The notes beneath the pieces were generated by a model, which saw nothing but the letters and a program-made list of their open reading frames with translations, made no database searches and was not told where the DNA came from. From assembly GCA_036149055.1 (NCBI GenBank), contig JAYZQJ010000173.1, positions 1 through 33,177 of the forward strand: 33,177 nt of DNA. Direction: 5' to 3'. This document shows positions 7,075 through 15,445 of this stretch, in pieces. Made by a program: the position numbers and the translations under genes. Source of the stretch: Myxococcota bacterium (GTDB lineage: Bacteria > Myxococcota_A > Polyangia > Polyangiales > Sandaracinaceae). The stretch's first letter is position 1, and every line of letters begins with the position of its first letter.

Positions 7075-10000
7075 ATGGCGAGCACCGCGACCACCGCGCC
7101 CCTCCGCCTCGGCGTCGAGGGCTTCACCTGGGACGACCTGCACACGCCGCGCGGGCTCGCCCGCCTCCTGGCGCGCTTCGAGGCCTTCCTCGCCGAGCGC
7201 GATCCGACCGGGCTCGCGCTGCTCGAGGCGGGCCGCGAGGACCCGGACGCGCTCTCGGAGGCCGAGGTGTCGGCCCTCGTCGTGCGCCTCTCGCCGCACG
7301 TCGGCGCCTTCCTCGCGCGCCTCTTCGGGGTCGAAGCCGAGGTCGAGGCGACCCGCGAGCGGGTCCTCGCCCACGAGCCGGTCTTCCACTTCCGTAAGCA
7401 CTTCGTGAAGAAGCGGCTCTTCAAGAAGGGCGCGGGGGAGGGCTTCGACGGTGACGCCGCCGCGGTGGCGACCGCGGCCTGGGAGGCGGTCGCGGTCCGG
7501 ACCGAAGACGAGGAGCGCTTCGTCGCCGTCGCCACCGCGCGCCTGCTGGAGCTGCACGAGACGGCTCGCAAGGTGGCGCGAGCCGGCGGCGCGAGCTGGA
7601 CGGACGCGCTGCGGGGCCAGCTCGACGCCCTCCGGGCCGCGCTCGAGGGCGGGTCGGAGGACGACGAGGCGCTCACCGGGCGGGCGGTGGCCGCGGTCGA
7701 GGCGCACCTCGTCGCCCGCGCCCGCACCCCCGGGGACGCCGCCCGCCACTGGCCGTCGCTCCACCCGGTCGTGCGGCAGGACTTCGGCGCTCTGGTGCCG
7801 CTGCGCGCTCGCGGGCTCGACCACGTCGGCGACGTCGCCCGGCGGGGGCGGGCCGAGCCCTTCGCTTTGACCGACGCGCGGGAGGGCGAGCGCGAGGTCG
7901 CGGCCCAGATCGACGCCTGCCTCTACTGCCACGACCGCGGCAAGGACTCCTGCCGCCGCGGCCTCCGCGACAAGCAGGGCGAGGTGCAGCAGAACCCGCT
8001 CGGCATCGAGCTCGCGGGCTGCCCGCTCGACGAGAAGATCGGCGAGGCCCAGGCGCTCCGCCGCGCGGGCGACGTGATCGGCGCGCTCGTGGCGGTCACC
8101 CTCGACAACCCGCTCTGCCCGGGCACCGGCCACCGCATCTGCAACGACTGCATGAAGTCGTGCGTCTTCCAGAAGCAGGAGCCGGTGAACGTGCCCCGCG
8201 TCGAGACCGCGATCCTCGACGACGTGCTCGCGCTGCCGTGGGGCTTCGAGATCTGGTCGCTGCTCACCCGCTTCCACCCGCTGAGCCTGCGCCGGCCGGT
8301 CCCGCGCGAGAACACCGGCCGCAAGGCGCTGGTCGTCGGGCTCGGCCCCGCCGGCTACACGCTCGCGCACTACCTGGTGAACGAGGGCTTCGGCGTGGTG
8401 GCGGTGGACGGGCTGAAGATCGAGCCCCTGCCCGAAGCCTGGCTCTCGCAGCCGGTGCGGGACGTCGAGGCGCTGAAGGAGCCGCTCGACCGCCGGGTCG
8501 TGCTCGGCTTCGGCGGCGTCAGCGAGTACGGGATCACCGTGCGCTGGGACAAGAGCTTCCTGACCTTGCTCTACCTCAACCTCGCCCGGCGCCAGACCTT
8601 CCGCGCCTACGGCGGCGTGCGCTTCGGCGGCACGCTGACCCTCGAGGACGCGTGGGCGCTCGGCTTCGATCACGTGGCCATCGCCGCCGGCGCGGGGCGA
8701 CCCACGCTCGTCTCGATGAAGAACGGGCTCGCGCGCGGCGTGCGCCAGGCCAGCGACTTCCTGATGGCGCTGCAGCTCTCGGGCGCCTACCGCCGCGACT
8801 CGCTCGCCAACCTGCAGGTCCGCTTGCCCGCGATCGTGATCGGCAGCGGCCTCACCGCGATCGACACCGCGACCGAGGCGCTCGCCTACTACGTGGTGCA
8901 GGTCGAGAAGGCGCTGGCGCGCTTCGAGGCGCTCGCCGACGCGCACGGCGAGGAGGCGGTGCGCGCACGCTTCGACGACGAGGAGCGCGAGGTGCTCGAG
9001 GAGCAGCTCGCCCACGCCCGCGCGCTCCGAGACGAGCGCGACGCGGCGGCGCGCGAGGGCCGCGAGCCCGACTTCCACCCGCTCCTCGACGCGTGGGGCG
9101 GCGTGCGGGTCGTCTACCGCCGCCGGCTGGTCGACTCGCCCGCCTACCGCCTCAACCACGAGGAGGTGACCAAGAGCCTCGAGGAGGGCGTGCGCTACGT
9201 GGAGCTGGCGTCGCCGCGCGAGGTGCACGTCGACGCGCACGGGGCGGCCGAGGCGGTGACCTTCGAGCGCAACGTCATCGAGGACGGGAAGCTCCGGGCC
9301 ACCGGTGAGGCGCTCCGGATCCCCGCCCGCTCGGTCTTCGTGGCCGCCGGGACCAAGCCCAACGTGACCTACGAGCGCGAGCACGCGGGGACCTTCGAGC
9401 TCGACGACCGCGGCTATTTCCGCGCGCACGAGGCGCGGCGCGAGGGGGGCGCCGTGACCCTCGCGCCGGGCGCGGGCTTCTTCACCAGCCACGTCGGCCC
9501 GGGCGGCCGGCTCGTCAGCTTCTACGGCGACAACCACCCGGCGTACGCGGGCAGCGTGGTCAAGGCGATGGCGAGCGCGAAGGACGGCCACCGGGCGGTC
9601 GCCGCCATCGTCCCGGTGTCCGACGCGCCGCTCGCCGAGCGCGAGGCGGAGTGGCGAGCCCTCGCGGCGCGGCTGGACGGCGAGCTCGTCGCGCGGGTGC
9701 ACGAGGTCCGGCGGCTCGCGCCGAGCATCGTCGAGGTGGTCGTGCACGCGCCCCGCGCCGCCCGCGGCTTCGAGCCCGGGCAGTTCTACCGGCTCCAGAG
9801 CTACGAGCGGCACGCGCCGTCGATCGACGGCACGCCGCTGGTGATGGAGGGGCTGGCCCTCACCGGCGCCTCGACCGACCTGCAGGAGGGGTTGCTCTCC
9901 ACCATCGTGCTCGAGATGGGCGCGAGCTCCAAGCTCTGCGCGCACCTGTCGCCCGGAGACCCGGTGGTCCTGATGGGCCCGACCGGGCGGCCGAGCGAGA

Positions 10001-10653
10001 TCGCGCCGGACGAGTCGGTGGTCCTGATTGGCGGCGGGCTCGGCAACGCGGTGCTCTTCAGCATCGCGCGCGCCTTCCGCGAGGCGGGCTCACGGGTGCT
10101 CTACTTCGCCGGCTATCGCGACAGCGCGATGCTCTTCAAGCGCGAGGAGATCGAGGCGGCCACCGACCAGGTCGTCTGGGCCACCGACGCCGGCGCGCCG
10201 ATCGCTCCGGCCCGGGCGCAGGACGCGCACTTCCGCGGCAACATCGTCGAGGCGATGCTGGCCTACGCCCGCGGGGAGCTCGGCGAGGTGCGGGTGCCGC
10301 TCTCCGGCGTCGATCGCATCCTGGCCATCGGCAGCGACGGCATGATGAACGCGGTGGCCACGGCCCGTCGCACGGTGCTCGCGCCGCACCTGAAGCCGGA
10401 TCACAAGGCGATCGGGAGCATCAACTCCCCGATGCAGTGCATGCTCAAGGAGGTCTGCGCCCAGTGCCTCCAGCGCCACGTCGACCCGATCACCGGCGAG
10501 GAGCACATCGTCTACAGCTGCTTCGACCAGGACCAGCCGCTCGACCGGGTCGACTTCGCCCACCTGCGGCAGCGGCTGCGTCAGAGCTCGGTGGCCGAGA
10601 AGATGTCCGATCTCTGGCTCGCCCGGCTCACCGGCGGGCTGGCGGCCGAGTAG
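7075..10653 (+). CDS. Fused Fe-S flavoprotein: GltD/NfnB-like NADPH oxidoreductase plus ferredoxin-NADP reductase/NfnA/PyrK-like domain
   Basis: CLYC..C..GCP and NPLCPGTGHRICNDCMKSC cluster motifs; FAD GLGPAG; NADP GSGLTAID and YRRR; C-terminal GPTG, GGGLGNA and MQCMLKEVCAQC...SC [2Fe-2S] motif. Confidence 0.88.
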   Translation: MASTATTAPLRLGVEGFTWDDLHTPRGLARLLARFEAFLAERDPTGLALLEAGREDPDALSEAEVSALVVRLSPHVGAFLARLFGVEAEVEATRERVLAHEPVFHFRKHFVKKRLFKKGAGEGFDGDAAAVATAAWEAVAVRTEDEERFVAVATARLLELHETARKVARAGGASWTDALRGQLDALRAALEGGSEDDEALTGRAVAAVEAHLVARARTPGDAARHWPSLHPVVRQDFGALVPLRARGLDHVGDVARRGRAEPFALTDAREGEREVAAQIDACLYCHDRGKDSCRRGLRDKQGEVQQNPLGIELAGCPLDEKIGEAQALRRAGDVIGALVAVTLDNPLCPGTGHRICNDCMKSCVFQKQEPVNVPRVETAILDDVLALPWGFEIWSLLTRFHPLSLRRPVPRENTGRKALVVGLGPAGYTLAHYLVNEGFGVVAVDGLKIEPLPEAWLSQPVRDVEALKEPLDRRVVLGFGGVSEYGITVRWDKSFLTLLYLNLARRQTFRAYGGVRFGGTLTLEDAWALGFDHVAIAAGAGRPTLVSMKNGLARGVRQASDFLMALQLSGAYRRDSLANLQVRLPAIVIGSGLTAIDTATEALAYYVVQVEKALARFEALADAHGEEAVRARFDDEEREVLEEQLAHARALRDERDAAAREGREPDFHPLLDAWGGVRVVYRRRLVDSPAYRLNHEEVTKSLEEGVRYVELASPREVHVDAHGAAEAVTFERNVIEDGKLRATGEALRIPARSVFVAAGTKPNVTYEREHAGTFELDDRGYFRAHEARREGGAVTLAPGAGFFTSHVGPGGRLVSFYGDNHPAYAGSVVKAMASAKDGHRAVAAIVPVSDAPLAEREAEWRALAARLDGELVARVHEVRRLAPSIVEVVVHAPRAARGFEPGQFYRLQSYERHAPSIDGTPLVMEGLALTGASTDLQEGLLSTIVLEMGASSKLCAHLSPGDPVVLMGPTGRPSEIAPDESVVLIGGGLGNAVLFSIARAFREAGSRVLYFAGYRDSAMLFKREEIEAATDQVVWATDAGAPIAPARAQDAHFRGNIVEAMLAYARGELGEVRVPLSGVDRILAIGSDGMMNAVATARRTVLAPHLKPDHKAIGSINSPMQCMLKEVCAQCLQRHVDPITGEEHIVYSCFDQDQPLDRVDFAHLRQRLRQSSVAEKMSDLWLARLTGGLAAE

Positions 10654-10656
10654 GGC

Positions 10657-11061
10657 TCAGGTGAGGGCCTGCGCGATCTCCGCCGCCAGCGCCTCGCCGT
10701 CGTCGAGCGAGCCGCTCTTCCAGCCGATCCCCAGCCCGCCCTCGGCGGTCTTCGGGATGATGTGGAAGTGGACGTGGAAGACCGCCTGGTGCGCCGCCGC
10801 CCCGTTGTTCTGGAGCACGTTGTAGCTCTCGGCGCCGGTCACCTTCATCACCGCGCGCGCGACGCGCGGCAGGACCTTGCCGATCGCCGCCGCCTGCGCG
10901 TCGGACAGCTCGTGGAGGAACGCCTTGCGCTCCTTCGGGATGATCAGCGTGTGGCCCTTCGACAGCGGGTTGATGTCGAGGAAGGCGAGCACGTGCTCGT
11001 CCTCGTAGACCCGGTGGCAGGGGATCTCGCCGTCGAGGATCTTGTCGAAGATCGTCGCCAT
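10657..11061 (-). CDS. HIT family (histidine triad) nucleotide hydrolase
   Basis: TIFDKILDGEIP, AFLDINP, GHTLIIPK and the HVHFHII triad. Confidence 0.95.
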   Translation of the reverse strand: MATIFDKILDGEIPCHRVYEDEHVLAFLDINPLSKGHTLIIPKERKAFLHELSDAQAAAIGKVLPRVARAVMKVTGAESYNVLQNNGAAAHQAVFHVHFHIIPKTAEGGLGIGWKSGSLDDGEALAAEIAQALT

Positions 11062-11062
11062 C

Positions 11063-11815
11063 TCACTCCCCCTTCGACTGCCAGCGCGCGTGGCCGACGA
11101 AGAACGGGCCCATCTGCGCGATGTACTCGGCGGTCTGACGGGTGCTCCGCATCGACTGCACCACGTGCGAGAGCGGGTGGAGATCCTTGCCGAGCAGCCC
11201 GATGAGGAACTCGTTGTCCTTGGCGTCGAGGCCGTGGCAGGCCAGGCGCACGTCGTGCGCGAGATCGCGCTTGCCGTAGGCCATGCCGATGCCGGCGTGC
11301 TCGCGCAGGATCGAGGCCTGCTCGGCCCGGTCGAGCTTGGCGAAGGCCCCCGTCCGGCGCAGCGGGTACCACACCGCCCAGCGGGCCTCCGGATCGGTCA
11401 CGTTGTCGATCGAGCGCTGCAGCAGCCAGTAGCGCAGGTCCGGCTCGTAGCCGCTCGCGTAGGTGCGCCCGAGCATCGTGTAGTCGCCGCGCGGCACCAG
11501 CCGACGCAGCTCCGGGGCGCGGAAGACCGGCCGCACGTTCGTCACGAAGTGCGTGGGATCCGCGCTCCACGTCAGCAGCCCCAGCCCGAACGGCGCGTTG
11601 GCGTCCTCGTAGACGACGCCGGCGAGCTTCGCCTTCGCGCAGCCGTCGATCAGCGCCGTCGCCGCCTCTTCGGGATCGACCTCGGGCGGGGTGTCGAAGA
11701 CGAGCAGCTGCATGAACAGGCGCTCGTCCATCTTCTGGCGCTCGCCGTCCTTCTTGCCGCCGTACTCGTGGAGGTCCACCTCGGGCAGACCCGGCCTCTT
11801 GCTCTCGTCACTCAT
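11063..11815 (-). CDS. Chlorite dismutase / coproheme decarboxylase (ChdC/HemQ) family heme protein
   Basis: WYPLRR, proximal His region LREHAGIG, GLDAKDNEF, MRSTRQT, GPFFVG. Confidence 0.8.
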   Translation of the reverse strand: MSDESKRPGLPEVDLHEYGGKKDGERQKMDERLFMQLLVFDTPPEVDPEEAATALIDGCAKAKLAGVVYEDANAPFGLGLLTWSADPTHFVTNVRPVFRAPELRRLVPRGDYTMLGRTYASGYEPDLRYWLLQRSIDNVTDPEARWAVWYPLRRTGAFAKLDRAEQASILREHAGIGMAYGKRDLAHDVRLACHGLDAKDNEFLIGLLGKDLHPLSHVVQSMRSTRQTAEYIAQMGPFFVGHARWQSKGE

Positions 11816-11873
11816 GCGTGGCTCCTGTCCCCGTAGGGTAGGGCGATCGGGGCGACCCGGGCAGGCCGCGCCT

Positions 11874-13139
11874 CTAGTAAGGGTTGTCGGTGGTGAAGCC
11901 GGCGCCGCGCGATCCGCCGCCGCTGCGACCGCCGGAGCGCGACGCGCCCGAGCGTCGGCTCGAGCCGGTCGCCTCGGAGCCGCGGCGCGCGCTGCTGCCC
12001 CCGCGGCGTCCGCCGACCGTCGCCGAGAGGCGGGGCGCGGGCCGCGCGCGGAGCCGGAGCACGACCTCGCGGTCGCCGCTCATGCGCACGGTCTGGCTCG
12101 CGTCGCGGTGCCCGTCGGCGCTCGCGGCGAGCCGGTGGCGCGAGCCGGCCTCGAGCTCCCCGCGGTAGGGGTTCGGCACCGCGTCGCCGTCCAGCTCCAG
12201 CTGGGCGTCCGGCGGGTTGGTGCGCACGGTCAGCACGTGAACCGCCGGCGCCTCCGGCTCGGGCGCCGGCTCGGCCGCCGCGACCACCTCGGGCTCGGGC
12301 TCGGGCTCGGGCTCGGCGACGGCCTCGGCTGCGGACCCGGCCTCGGCCTCGGACGCGGCTTCGGCCTCGGACGCGGCTTCGGCCTCGGACGCGGCTTCGG
12401 TCTCGGACGCGGCTTCGGCCTCGGCTTCGGCGACCGCGATCGCCGGCGCGGTCTCCGACTCCGCCGCCGCGGGCCCGGTCGCCGACGCGGGGGTCCCCTC
12501 GCTCTCGATGGCCGCGTCGTCCCCCGAGAACGCGATCACCACCCCGGTCACCCCGAGCAGCAGCAGGGCCACCCCCGCGATCAGGAACAGCTTCGTGCCG
12601 GAGGAGGTCGGCAGGGTCACCTCCTCCTCGGCGCCCATCTGCACCGCCATCGGCTCGGGCGCGGCGGCGACGACCGGGGTCGCGCTCGCCGGGGCCTTCG
12701 CCGGCGGAGGCTCGGACTCGATCCGCGCGGGCGGCGGCGGCTCCGACGGCGCCGGCTCGGCTGCGGGGGTGGACGTGGCGGAGGTGGACGTGGCGGGGGC
12801 CGACGCCGCCGCGACGGGCTCCTCGGGCGCGGACGCCACGGCCACCGGCGCCTCCGGCTCGGCCGCGTCGGGGCCCATGTCGGGCTCGGTCGGCGGCGCC
12901 TCCTCTTCGGTCGGCGCGCTCGCCGCCGGCTCCGCCGACCACGCGCCCGCGTCGTCCTCGGAGGCGGCGTCGCCGTCCTCGGCCGGCTTCATCTTCTCGA
13001 ACTCGCCGCCCAGCTCCCACAGGGCGAAGATCTTCGAGGCGTGCTCCTCGGCGACGGCGTCGTCGAGGTCGCCCGCGGCGCTCCAGAACCCCTCCTCGGA
13101 GGCGCTCTCGTCCTCGGCCGGCTTCGGTTTCGTGCTCAT
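11874..13139 (-). CDS. Single-pass membrane protein with acidic low-complexity linkers and a C-terminal PEGA-like domain
   Basis: TM segment LFLIAGVALLLLGVTGVVIAF; LTVRTNPPDAQLELDG..NPY..HRLAASADGH PEGA-like pattern; start uncertain (13139 or 13160). Confidence 0.75.
   Translation of the reverse strand: MSTKPKPAEDESASEEGFWSAAGDLDDAVAEEHASKIFALWELGGEFEKMKPAEDGDAASEDDAGAWSAEPAASAPTEEEAPPTEPDMGPDAAEPEAPVAVASAPEEPVAAASAPATSTSATSTPAAEPAPSEPPPPARIESEPPPAKAPASATPVVAAAPEPMAVQMGAEEEVTLPTSSGTKLFLIAGVALLLLGVTGVVIAFSGDDAAIESEGTPASATGPAAAESETAPAIAVAEAEAEAASETEAASEAEAASEAEAASEAEAGSAAEAVAEPEPEPEPEVVAAAEPAPEPEAPAVHVLTVRTNPPDAQLELDGDAVPNPYRGELEAGSRHRLAASADGHRDASQTVRMSGDREVVLRLRARPAPRLSATVGGRRGGSSARRGSEATGSSRRSGASRSGGRSGGGSRGAGFTTDNPY
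12347..12418. repeat. Four tandem 18-bp units (CCTCGGACGCGGCTTCGG) coding EAASE(A/T) repeats
   Basis: Three identical units and one with a single mismatch; in frame within the PEGA gene. Confidence 0.9.
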
Positions 13140-13176
13140 GGCCGAGGGGGAGCGTATCACCCACGGGAGACGCGTT

Positions 13177-13632
13177 CTACTCGTCCGGGAAGAGCTCCGC
13201 GAGCCGATCGTCCCACTCGTCGGCGACGGTCGCCATCGTGTGCAGGAGATCCTCGAACTCCTCGAAGTCGAGCCCGCTCAGGCGCCGCAGGGCGCGCAGG
13301 TAGACGGCGTCCTTGTCCTTGTCGATCGCGAACGCGGCGTCGCTCGTCACCAGGAAGTTGAGCTCGAGGAGGCGGCGGTAGAAGGCCGCCTGCCCATCCT
13401 TCGGGACGTCCATGATGCGAGAGAGGAACAGCAGGATCCCGTGCTCCTCGAGCACGTTGATGCCTACCGTGGCCGACCCGCGCCGGACGTCGGTGTATCC
13501 GTCCTCGTCGAGCGGATCGAGGGCGACGCCCACCGACTCGCCGAAGCGCTTCAGGTAGTCGTTCACCATGTCGTTCGCGTCTCGGTACGTGCGCCCGAGG
13601 GTGCGATCCTCGTAGATGGGATCACCTTCCAT
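13177..13632 (-). CDS. YbjN / CesT (type III chaperone-like) fold protein
   Basis: 151-aa acidic protein with FYRRLLELNF...AFAID and a C-terminal amphipathic helix (FEDLLHTMATVADEW); SD-like GGGAGAG upstream. Confidence 0.75.
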   Translation of the reverse strand: MEGDPIYEDRTLGRTYRDANDMVNDYLKRFGESVGVALDPLDEDGYTDVRRGSATVGINVLEEHGILLFLSRIMDVPKDGQAAFYRRLLELNFLVTSDAAFAIDKDKDAVYLRALRRLSGLDFEEFEDLLHTMATVADEWDDRLAELFPDE

Positions 13633-13663
13633 GCTGCTCTCCCTGTCTGGTACCCCTCACCGC

Positions 13664-15394
13664 ATGGGCTCCGCGCGGCCATCGTACCTCAGGGTCGCCC
13701 CTCCGCGGCGGGTTCGTCGCGTGGCGGCGCTCTTCGTCACGCTCCTGCTCGCTGGCGGTGGGGTCGCCTGCGGAGAGGAGAGCCCGGCGCCGCCCCCCGC
13801 GCCGGCGCCGCCGCCCGAGCCGACCCTGGAGCGCGCTTGGGCGCTGGACCTCGGGGCGCTCCGCGACGGCACGGTCGCCCTCGGGGAGTCGGCGATGCGC
13901 GCCGAGGGCAGCCCCGAGGGGGTGGCCCGGGCCCGGCGCGCGGCGGGGCTGGCCCGGGTGCTGTCCATCCGCGACCCCGAGGGCCCGTGGATCGAGCGAG
14001 GCCGGGCCTGGCTGGTGGAGGCGAGTCGCAGGAAGACCTTGCCGGGCGCCTGCGAGGCGGCGCTCGAGCTGGCGGCCCTCGAGGCCCGGGACGCGGCGGA
14101 TCCCGAGGCGGCCTACCTGGTCGCCTACCGGACCGCGGCCCGCTTCGGCGACCGGCGCCAGGACGCGGCCTGCGTGGCCGAGGCGGCGCGGGTCATGGCC
14201 GTGCTCGAGGGGTGGCGTCCGAGCGCGGCCCAGCTCGCCCGGATCGACGCCGATCCCGACGACGGGGACCCCACCGCGGGGCTCGACGGGGAGGATCCGC
14301 CCGAGCCCGCCTCGCCGGCCCCGGACCTGGCCGCCTGGGCCGCGGCGCGGGCCGAGGCGGGCGCCCCGGCGACCCTCCGCTCGCTCAGCGTGTACGGGCA
14401 CGGCGACGGCGACGCCGCGCGCTCGGTGCGAGCGGTCCTGCGCTTCGACCGGGTGGCGGCCTTCGAGCACGGGGAGGCGGCGGCGGAGGGGGCGATCCCC
14501 CGGCGCACCTGGTTCGAGCTCGCGGGGGTGCGCTTCGGCGAAGGCGTCGCCGACGCGCTCGAGGTCGACGCGGCCGGTCTGCGGCGGGTCCGGGCCACCG
14601 AGCGGCCGGGCGGCGGCGCGCGCGTCACCTTCGACCTCGAGCCCGAGGCCCGCTTCCACGCCTTCGTGCTGCCCGACCCCTTCCGCGTCGTGCTCGACGT
14701 CGAGGAGGGCGGGCCCCGGGCCGAGGGGCCGGTCCGCACCATCGTGCTCGACCCGGGGCACGGCGGCGACGACTTCGGCGCGCGGGCCTTCGGGCTGAGG
14801 GAGTCGGACCTGACCCTGGATCTCGCGCGCCGGGTGCGGACCCTGCTCGCGCGCCAGCTCCCGGAGGCGCGGGTGGTGCTCACCCGCGAGAACGACACCT
14901 TCATCTCGCTCGAGCAGCGCGCCGCGATCGCCAACAGCATCGGCGCCGACCTCTTCCTCTCGATCCACCTCAACGCGGCCGACGACGAGGTGCAGCGGGG
15001 CGGGGTGACGACCTTCGTCCTGGACACCAGCGACGACCGGCAGGCGCTCCGGCTCGCGGCCCGCGAGAACGGGACCAGCGTCGACGAGGTCGACTCGCTC
15101 GCGCAGCTCCTCGCCCAGCTGCACCGGGCCGATCAGGTCTCGGCCTCGCGCGATCTGGCCGAGCAGGTGCACCGCGCGACCCTGAGCGCCGGGCGGCGGC
15201 ACCTCCCGTCGCTCCACGATCGAGGCGTGAAGAGCGCGCTCTTCTACGTGCTCGTGGGGGCGCGCATGCCGGCGGTGCTGCTCGAGGCGTCGTTCCTGAG
15301 CCGGGAGCAGGAGGCGGACCTCCTGCGCACCGTCGGCTACCGCCAGTCGCTGGCCGAGGGCATCGCCGAGGGGATCGCGCGCTGGGCCTCGTGA
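13664..15394 (+). CDS. N-acetylmuramoyl-L-alanine amidase (AMIN + Amidase_3, AmiC-like), probable lipoprotein with N-terminal helical extension
   Basis: IVLDPGHGG, ESDLTL, LSIHLNA and VLLEASFLS Zn/catalytic motifs; AMIN-like LPDPFRVVLDV; lipobox-like GVAC. Start may be the GTG at 13721. Confidence 0.88.
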   Translation: MGSARPSYLRVAPPRRVRRVAALFVTLLLAGGGVACGEESPAPPPAPAPPPEPTLERAWALDLGALRDGTVALGESAMRAEGSPEGVARARRAAGLARVLSIRDPEGPWIERGRAWLVEASRRKTLPGACEAALELAALEARDAADPEAAYLVAYRTAARFGDRRQDAACVAEAARVMAVLEGWRPSAAQLARIDADPDDGDPTAGLDGEDPPEPASPAPDLAAWAAARAEAGAPATLRSLSVYGHGDGDAARSVRAVLRFDRVAAFEHGEAAAEGAIPRRTWFELAGVRFGEGVADALEVDAAGLRRVRATERPGGGARVTFDLEPEARFHAFVLPDPFRVVLDVEEGGPRAEGPVRTIVLDPGHGGDDFGARAFGLRESDLTLDLARRVRTLLARQLPEARVVLTRENDTFISLEQRAAIANSIGADLFLSIHLNAADDEVQRGGVTTFVLDTSDDRQALRLAARENGTSVDEVDSLAQLLAQLHRADQVSASRDLAEQVHRATLSAGRRHLPSLHDRGVKSALFYVLVGARMPAVLLEASFLSREQEADLLRTVGYRQSLAEGIAEGIARWAS

Positions 15395-15445
15395 CCGTCT
15401 CAATTTGCGTCGGCCGTCCCCCCGCCGAATACTCCGCACGCTTTC

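Noticed and set aside
7075..10653. Calling this gene gltD (glutamate synthase small subunit)
   Set aside because: It is more than twice GltD length, has an extra FNR/[2Fe-2S] domain, and has no gltB neighbour.
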